DNA from: Eledone cirrhosa
Taxonomy: Eukaryota
DNA: 64,000 bases
Assembly: GCA_964016885.1 (NCBI GenBank)
Contig: CAXHJY010000573.1
Location: 1 to 64,000 of the forward strand
Direction of reading: 5' to 3'
Below, in pieces: positions 56,571 to 64,000 of the stretch. The notes beneath the pieces were generated by a model. It was not told the DNA's origin. It saw only the letters and a list, made by a program, of their open reading frames with translations, and ran no database searches. The translations under genes were made by a program, and so were the position numbers. Numbering within the stretch: position 1 is the stretch's first letter; each line of letters starts with the position of its first letter.

Positions 56571-56753
56571 GCGGTGGGTTGGCAGTATCGGTAGAGGGTC
56601 GGACGCCATGCTTTGCAGCATAGTTACGTCCCTTTACGATCTGAGTTCAAATCCCGCCGAGGTTGACTTTGCCTTTCATCCTTACGGGGTCGATAAAATA
56701 AAGTACCAGTAATGCACTGGGTAATTGCTGGCCTTGTGCCTAAAGTAGAAACA
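56571..56753 (+). mobile_element. tRNA-derived SINE with 16-bp TSD
   Basis: GTTATATTTATTCCTA at 56555-56570 and 56754-56769. Confidence 0.93.
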
Positions 56754-57632
56754 GTTATATTTATTCCTAATCAAACGTGTAATAAAACTCACTGCAACTT
56801 TCGTCTTTTTTTTTTTTTTCATTTATGGTTGGTACATTTTACTCATTATGTTACGTTCTGATTACATGTTTTGAGTTAAAAGTACATAACATATGTATAC
56901 CATTACAATATTATATCACTTCTACAAAACCGGTAGAGATTTCAGACATGGATTACAAACTTTATAGATTTGGCTAATAATATTCGTTCCTTTATTGAAT
57001 TTCACTATATTATTGTTAACATCAAACATTTGTAAAATGTTGCGTAATATTTATTTAGAGTTCTGTATGTGATGTAAACTACTTTAAAATATATATTGGA
57101 ATTGTATAATGCAATGTTTTAAAATGGGCAATTGGGTAAGGATTTCAGACCTCTGTGTTTTTAAATTAATCATTGATGTGTATACTTATATATATATATA
57201 AATACATATATATATATATATATACAAATATAAATTAGCGAGAATCGTATTTCGGCTTAAGGATTAACGAAAAACATCTTCCGAGATGTGTGTCAAGCGC
57301 TCAATGATTCAGATGAACCAGAGCTACAACATACGTTAAAGGCCAAACACACTGAGACGATGGTTATACAATCATCCGCACAGCCATAGAAACGACCAAG
57401 CAATTCGGGTCAAACAAATAAAAATATATGTGATTGAAAATTTACCCGGACGCCTGGATGGTTGGGAACATCCAGCATTTGGGTTTCTACGACTCCTAAA
57501 TCAAGTACTGTCCGCTTACACAAATAATGTTAGGCTTCTGGTAAGATAATTGAACAAGGAGGCCACTTTTTCAACAGGTTTTAGTTCGAGTGCTAATTTA
57601 AGGAATGACCGTTACCGACCCCACGTGGGGCT

Positions 57633-57674
<42 letters not shown>

Positions 57675-58035
57675 GATAGCAGAAAGGTTAAACGAATATC
57701 ATCAAAATTAATGCTTTTACAAGTATGTATGTTCCTTTGCAGAACGAAAATAGTTTGATTTGTTTTGCTTCATAAATATCATTTTAATTATGACTGAAAT
57801 AAAATTATTCCTGCGTTTAAGGCTACATTAAAAAGAAAATCTAACAATGTACGAAAGATAAAATATTATTAGTTGTTAATCAGGAATTCAAATCATTAAT
57901 AACATTTCAGCACCTTCTATCTCTATCACATATGTATGCTTGTCTTCTTGCAATTCCGAGGTAATAACATATATATATTTTCATAATTTGTACATTGAAA
58001 TAAACTGGTATATTCCCCATACGTTAATTATATAT

Positions 58036-58125
58036 AACTTTGCCTTTCATACTTACGGAGTCGATAAAATAAACTGCCAGTCATACACTGGGTAATTGCT
58101 GGCCTTGTTCCAAAAGTAGGAACGA
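58036..58125 (+). mobile_element. 5'-truncated SINE
   Basis: AACTTTGCCTTTCATACTTACGG...; TTAATTATATATAAC duplicated on both sides. Confidence 0.85.
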
Positions 58126-59270
58126 TTAATTATATATAACATTTGCTTCTAAATTCATATTATGATTTGCGCATGTTATCTTAAATATTCTCATGAGTTC
58201 AGTTTCTAATTTGTCACCAATAAGAGTGGGTGTAAGAATTTAAAAAACGACTGAAGGAGTTGCGCAATATCCTTTGTTACCTCTTACAAGATTGAATGCG
58301 AAACGATTCCCTCTTTAATTGTAATTGTTCACGTTTATAAGTTAAGTAGCACGGGGAAGGAATATACAAGATATATACAAACATGGATAACGGGAATATC
58401 TATATGTATTATAACCAAATATGTTTACGCCAAAAAGGAACAACTCATTTCCTATCACTTCAAATTGTTTATATATTTCCTTTTCGCTATTATCTACCCT
58501 AATTAACAGATTCAGAGGTCATGCTATTCAGAATTATTTTCCGAGACTTTACCTTGACTTGAAGTTTCAACAATCATGGCAGTATTGCTATTCAATTCCG
58601 TTTTTTTTAAGTGTAGGAGCTAATCCGCTTAGACATTTCCGGCCAAGGATGCAATAAGTTTGTTTCGTAAATTTACACATTCACTTGCAGAAATGCTTGT
58701 AACATTGTCCATTTATTTTACTTCATTCCTTAAAGCATTTTCCATTTCAATAGTTTGTCTATTTGCTTATTGTGTTTTTATATTTTCATTATCATCGATA
58801 TTTATATGAAGTGTTTCGTACTTCATATCATTATTGCGACCATCGCAATTTCAGATCTTTTCATCACTCTGGCAACTGCTCGCTACTAATGTTTCTATGA
58901 GTTGATCAATGAATCTTCGAACAGTTGTTCCTCTATTGCACCTCATGTGTATTTGGTATAGTTGTTTAAACATCCTTTATTTAGAAATATATGGTATATA
59001 TTTCAATGACATTCAAGGTAACGTGATGATTAGAACACGCAACCTAAGGCGACATCATCAGGAAGCAGCTTATGCTATAATTTTTACGTTTCCGAGGAAT
59101 TCCAATCTAAAGACAAGGGAATGGGCGTATATGATGTTCTCAATGTCCCTGTCAGTTTCCCTCTGATATATTTATATATATATATATATACTCCCTCTGA
59201 TATATATATATATATATACAGCATTAGCCGTCGAAACGGCTTGAGCTCAGCCGTCGGGGTCTTACTTACT

Positions 59271-59271
<1 letters not shown>

Positions 59272-59317
<46 letters not shown>

Positions 59318-59474
59318 CCTCTGGTATATATATATATATATATATATATATTCCCTCTGGTATATATATATATATATATATTCCCTCTGGTATATATATA
59401 TATATATATATTCCCTCTGGTATATATATATATATATATATTCCCTCTGGTATATATATATATATATATATTCC

Positions 59475-59505
<31 letters not shown>

Positions 59506-59508
59506 TCC

Positions 59509-59565
<57 letters not shown>

Positions 59566-59614
59566 CCTCTGGTATATATATATATATATTCCCTCTGATA
59601 TATATATATATTCC

Positions 59615-59648
<34 letters not shown>
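59272..59648. repeat. (TA)nTTCCCTCTG(G/A) minisatellite
   Basis: Directly visible ~30-bp units. Confidence 0.92.
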
Positions 59649-59651
<3 letters not shown>

Positions 59652-60179
59652 GGTCCTATGTTTGTGTTAGGGATAAATATATTCAACAGGTCATCTTATT
59701 TGCATTCCTTACATTTCGCATTCGCCTATATGTATTAGAAAGATTGTAGGCGATTCACCATTTTTGCGAATTTTAAACATTAAATACGTACACAGATTTG
59801 CATTTTAGCCAATTAGTGAAAGTTAAATAAACACCAATTGACATGTAAGATTGTAGAAGCTGCAAAATAAGGAAAATCAACAGTGTAAATTGTGAATATA
59901 AAGTTAAAATAAAATGAACGTTTCAACGAAAAACGCAATATGTGAAAGGGAAAAAATAATATAATAATGGCGTCGATCAGTCGTCATTACTGCATACTGT
60001 TCTTGTCGTATAATCTCACACGGTAGCGATGATATAAATGCCTAATGTTAAGCTCAAGTAGATTCATAAGCATATTTGCGAAACACATTTTCCAAAACGT
60101 AATTCAATAATGAAAACCATTCTAAATGCTTTTATGTAAATACTGTCTCTCTGCTAAAGTTAACAATCTGAAATTGGCA

Positions 60180-61640
60180 TGTACAAATATATTTATAACA
60201 GCAACACCATCAGCAACAACATCACCTGCAAAACCAAAACAACAACAAGATGTCCATGAAGGAGGGAAGCAACTGGTAACAAACATAAGGGCAAATCACC
60301 TTTGGTGAAAACACCAGAATGAACAGGATAATTCAAGGAACAATATGATGGTGGGTTATAAGGAATAAAGAGAGAGCAAATACCACGCAATATACAATAT
60401 ATATATACCAAAAACATTAGCTATAATAATAGATGTTTTAGAGGCATTGCAGCATCAGGATTACAAATTAAAGTAAACTGTAGATAGATTTTAAATCGTC
60501 AAATTACGTACTTCTAAATCTCTCCATAAACCACAGTTATAAACTGGTCAATATATTTGGAAAGGTTAGGCTGCTACTACATTTTGTGACGCATCATTGA
60601 AGAGAGCTAAATTAACACCAGATGAAGGATCAATATATGTACAGATTAGAATATAATTCTTTGTAAATTCTCTCCACACTTCCCTTTTTTTAAATAAAAG
60701 CCGTAAACGCATTGTTGATTACTTTAAACATAACTATGAAATCGTATTGTCCAGGAAGAAAAGGGCAGGATTGTAACGACATCTTTTTATTGAAAAGCTA
60801 TTGTTTTATGTCAAAGAAGATAATCACAATATCAATATATGTGTGCACCTTTATCAAATAATTGATATTGTGTGTCCGAAATGTGTTAACAACATGTTCC
60901 TGAAGGTGTCGTCTCTGACAGCTACATAACCAAGAGACTCATGGATGCCACTAAAGGATATGAAGTTAGAGCTGAAAATATTTAATAGTATACATAAAAA
61001 CATTAGCAACAATATTATCACCTAAAATGACCACACCTATAGAAAAACAACCTGTTTTCAAAGAGGCCTAAAGGATGCTGCAATGGCTATAATGATCAGT
61101 TGATAAAATATAAATCAATAATTCCAAACTGCAAAAGAAACAAAAAGGGAAAAACCTCAGCCTGGCATGTGTTGTCCAACAGAAACTTTGATAGTGTCCT
61201 CAATACATGGATAATGAACAACCTAGACTTGAATAAAGCAACGCCAACAATAAAAAAAAACATTTGTCAATTATGTAATGAGTAAGTGGTAAACAGTTTT
61301 GCAGATACAAATGATTATGGAAATACAAAATCATACCCATTCCAATCAAAGGAGAGTTATCTCAAGCACACTCTACTTTTCTACGTAGCCCTGACACGAA
61401 ACAGAATTACACTGGGAAATAAAGACTACAATGACGTTAACAATCTTCTTTAGATTGGATGATGTAAAGGGGTATGCTACAGACAAGAGACAACTCGATA
61501 CACTGATGCAGATTGTACATTGATTCACAAAAGAAATAGGCATGAAATGTGGACTAGAAAACTGAGCCAAAGCAAACCTGAACATATGAAATCAAGTACA
61601 ATCACTAATATTGTACTCGATAAAAACTGAGATAAGACAA
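60180..61640 (+). pseudogene. Very decayed R4/Dong-like LINE remnant
   Basis: Traces such as .KNFD..L..WI, GELS..LF..AL and IGMKCGLEN.AK; no open frame. Confidence 0.4.
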
Positions 61641-62060
61641 TTACATCAAACATGATTTTTCTTCTTACTTAAAGGCCTAGTTATAGAAACAACCTAACTG
61701 TGGATGAAGAAACACCGAAAAAATATGAAACAGAATTTAAGTTGTTTTCGTTAACGCGCATTAATAATCTCGCCTCCGCAAATACAATGCTGTAAAACTC
61801 GTTCATTTTTATCGAACTGACCATGTCTGCAATAAGAACCAATGTACTATTTTTCATAATCATGGCCAAAACAAATTTTCCGAATATTGGAATCGTATTT
61901 TTATTACATCAAACAGTTGTATTGAGTTATGAGAATCTTCATATCCATTCATGAGAATCTCCATATCCATTCCTGACACTACATTAACTACGAATTTGAT
62001 TATGTCTTACAAATTCATCATACTTTTCAATAACACTCTATTTCCTGTTATTACTAAGAC

Positions 62061-62237
62061 GTTGGCAGTATCGCTAGAGGGTTGGACGCCATGCTTTCCA
62101 GCATAGTTACATCCCTTTACGGTATGAGTTCAAATACCGTCGAGGTTGACTTTGCCTTTCATCCTTACGGGGTCGATAAAATAAAGTACCAGTAATGTAC
62201 TGGGTTATTGCTGGCCTAATGCCTAAAGTAAAAACAA
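62061..62237 (+). mobile_element. tRNA-derived SINE
   Basis: Full body; CTAAGACGT on both sides. Confidence 0.88.
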
Positions 62238-62367
62238 TTACTTCTAAGACGTATTTATATGCAGAAGAAACCTTATTTCACTCTGTTATATATACCTAAC
62301 TGTGATTTCTTGCCAATATAATTAGTAAATATTTATAAACATTAGGATAATAAATCAGATATAAATA

Positions 62368-62590
62368 ATTGTTTCTACTTTAGGCACAAGGCCAGCAATT
62401 ACCCAGTACATTACTGGTACTTTATTTTATCGACCCCGTAAGGATGAAAGACAAAGTTAACCTCGGCGGGATTTGAACTCAGACTGTAAAGGGACCTAAC
62501 TATGCTAGAAAGCATGGCGTCCAACCATCTACCGATACTGCCAATTGCCCGCCCTATAGAAAGCATGGCGTCCAACCCTCTACCAATACT
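62368..62590 (-). mobile_element. tRNA-derived SINE with duplicated 5' segment
   Basis: Reverse complement of the SINE body; TAGAAAGCATGGCGTCCAACC occurs twice; ATAAATCAGATATAA flanks. Confidence 0.88.
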
Positions 62591-64000
62591 AAAATTGATT
62601 TCCGACATTATAAATCAGATATAAGTAATGTCTGAAATCAATTTTAGTTTCTAGAAATTCATTATTTATTTCCAGGAAAATATAGTCCTCCAGGAAATAA
62701 AAAAGAGCGGCACAATATGATACCGCTGAGGTACGTAATTCGAAATCTAGAATAGAGAGTGTTTGTTACTCTTATCAATAAATTACTAAATATTAATCAA
62801 TGATATGGATTCAACTTTAATGAAACTGTTTTTAAACCCGTTGTTATGAATATCAACATTGTATGAACAAGAATAGAACCTGGAATTTACAATAGATTAT
62901 ATTACAAAATTCTACGGGAATTGATATCGTTGCTTTTATCTATAACTTGAAACTTTTGAACAAAGCTGGTTGAAAGTAAACGGGCTTGTACTTGACTGTC
63001 AAACACAACGTTTGTGTATTAACCTCTATTAATTGCAACGTTGATGTAACGACATATATTTCAACCGAGTTTCACTAGAAACAAAAAAATGTATATTATA
63101 AAAAAAAATACGTTTAGCTTTTAAATAATTATAACATTGTAAACAGGTAATTAGTAATATTTTCAAATTTGCATTTGGATTATATGTAATGCGATTTTGC
63201 ATTGAATTAATTAGCTAAAGAATATAAACTGCACGTGATCGCGTGTCTTCCAAGAAATTCCCTTCGAATACCAAACTAGTGACTAAAATAAATAAAGATC
63301 TCCCGCGATGATATAGATGATGTTACCAGGATGTACCTGTTTAAGTGTATGTTAATGAGCGAAATATAACTTGCAGTGTATACGCCATTCAAAACATGTA
63401 ATTGAAAACTAATACTTTTTCATAGGTAGCAATTTAAAGAGAAAACAGAATCACCAGCACCATTATTCTACTAATTTACATCATGTCCATCTTTGTAACT
63501 TGTATGTCTGTTTGTCTCATTATCATTGTGTTCCTCATCATCACCGCTGTCATAAAATCATAATAACTATCATAATTATCAATATCGTAGTCAACGTTTC
63601 AAAAAATAGACGTAATTTACAAATGTTGCGAATATTTGACGACGAAGTATTTTATGGTACACGTGTGAAAACATACATAAGTTTGCGTGCGCAGCACATA
63701 ACAACACACACATACATACACGCGTATAAAAATCCTGGGTTGTGTATGAGTACATTTTGTGTGTTCGCACGTATATTATTTGTATGTATATATACATACA
63801 TTCATAGTTTTGAGAGTGAATGTAAAGTAATGTGTGTACAACACCATATATATATATATATGAATACACCTTTCTGTATGGCTCTAAGTGAATTATATCA
63901 GAAATCTTATAATTGAATTCACTAAGTTTGCTTCATATCGAACACTACGATAATGGTTTATATTCTATGGAGTCCATTGTCAGGAATTTGAATGTAAGTA

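Noticed and set aside
59080-59160. Minus-strand CTGACAG...GGAAACGT, possible decayed pLTR hammerhead
   Set aside because: The core does not match CUGANGA and the stems are unconvincing.
59272-59648. Regularly spaced TTCCCTCTGG units that look like a CRISPR array (similar arrays at 12368-12700, 25027-25680 and 40140-40620)
   Set aside because: The spacers are just variable-length (TA)n, the context is eukaryotic and there are no cas genes. These are minisatellites.

Overview
Eukaryotic, AT-rich, microsatellite-saturated DNA with no host protein-coding gene I can support. The recurrent tRNA-like SINE (...GAGTTCAAATCCCGCCGAGGTTGACTTTGCCTTTCATCCTTACGGGGTCGATAAAATAAAGTACCAGT...) and the extreme (TA)n load suggest an octopod cephalopod; this is inference. 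The window holds many retroelements. There is an apparently intact two-ORF L1/Tx1-type LINE (47094-52936) embedded in (TATC)n, followed directly by a deleted relative. There is a stack of R4/Dong-type restriction-like-endonuclease LINEs in (TAA)n, and two decayed Penelope-like elements (RT + GIY-YIG). Five copies of a ~600-bp non-autonomous RTE-derived element sit in (TA)n. Also present are two non-autonomous Helitrons, about nine SINE copies, MITE-like foldbacks and a ~580-bp near-perfect inverted repeat. Reading the non-coding DNA by eye shows several type I hammerhead ribozyme folds: a tandem pair 450 nt apart with full stem III (5600-5680, 6051-6130), a minimal palindromic-stem-III family (10025-10094, 21860-21931, 22041-22111) and a variant-core motif at 4748-4783. 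There is also a possible degenerate HDV-like fold at the 5' end of the RTE-derived element. Most long ORFs in the track are translations of microsatellites.
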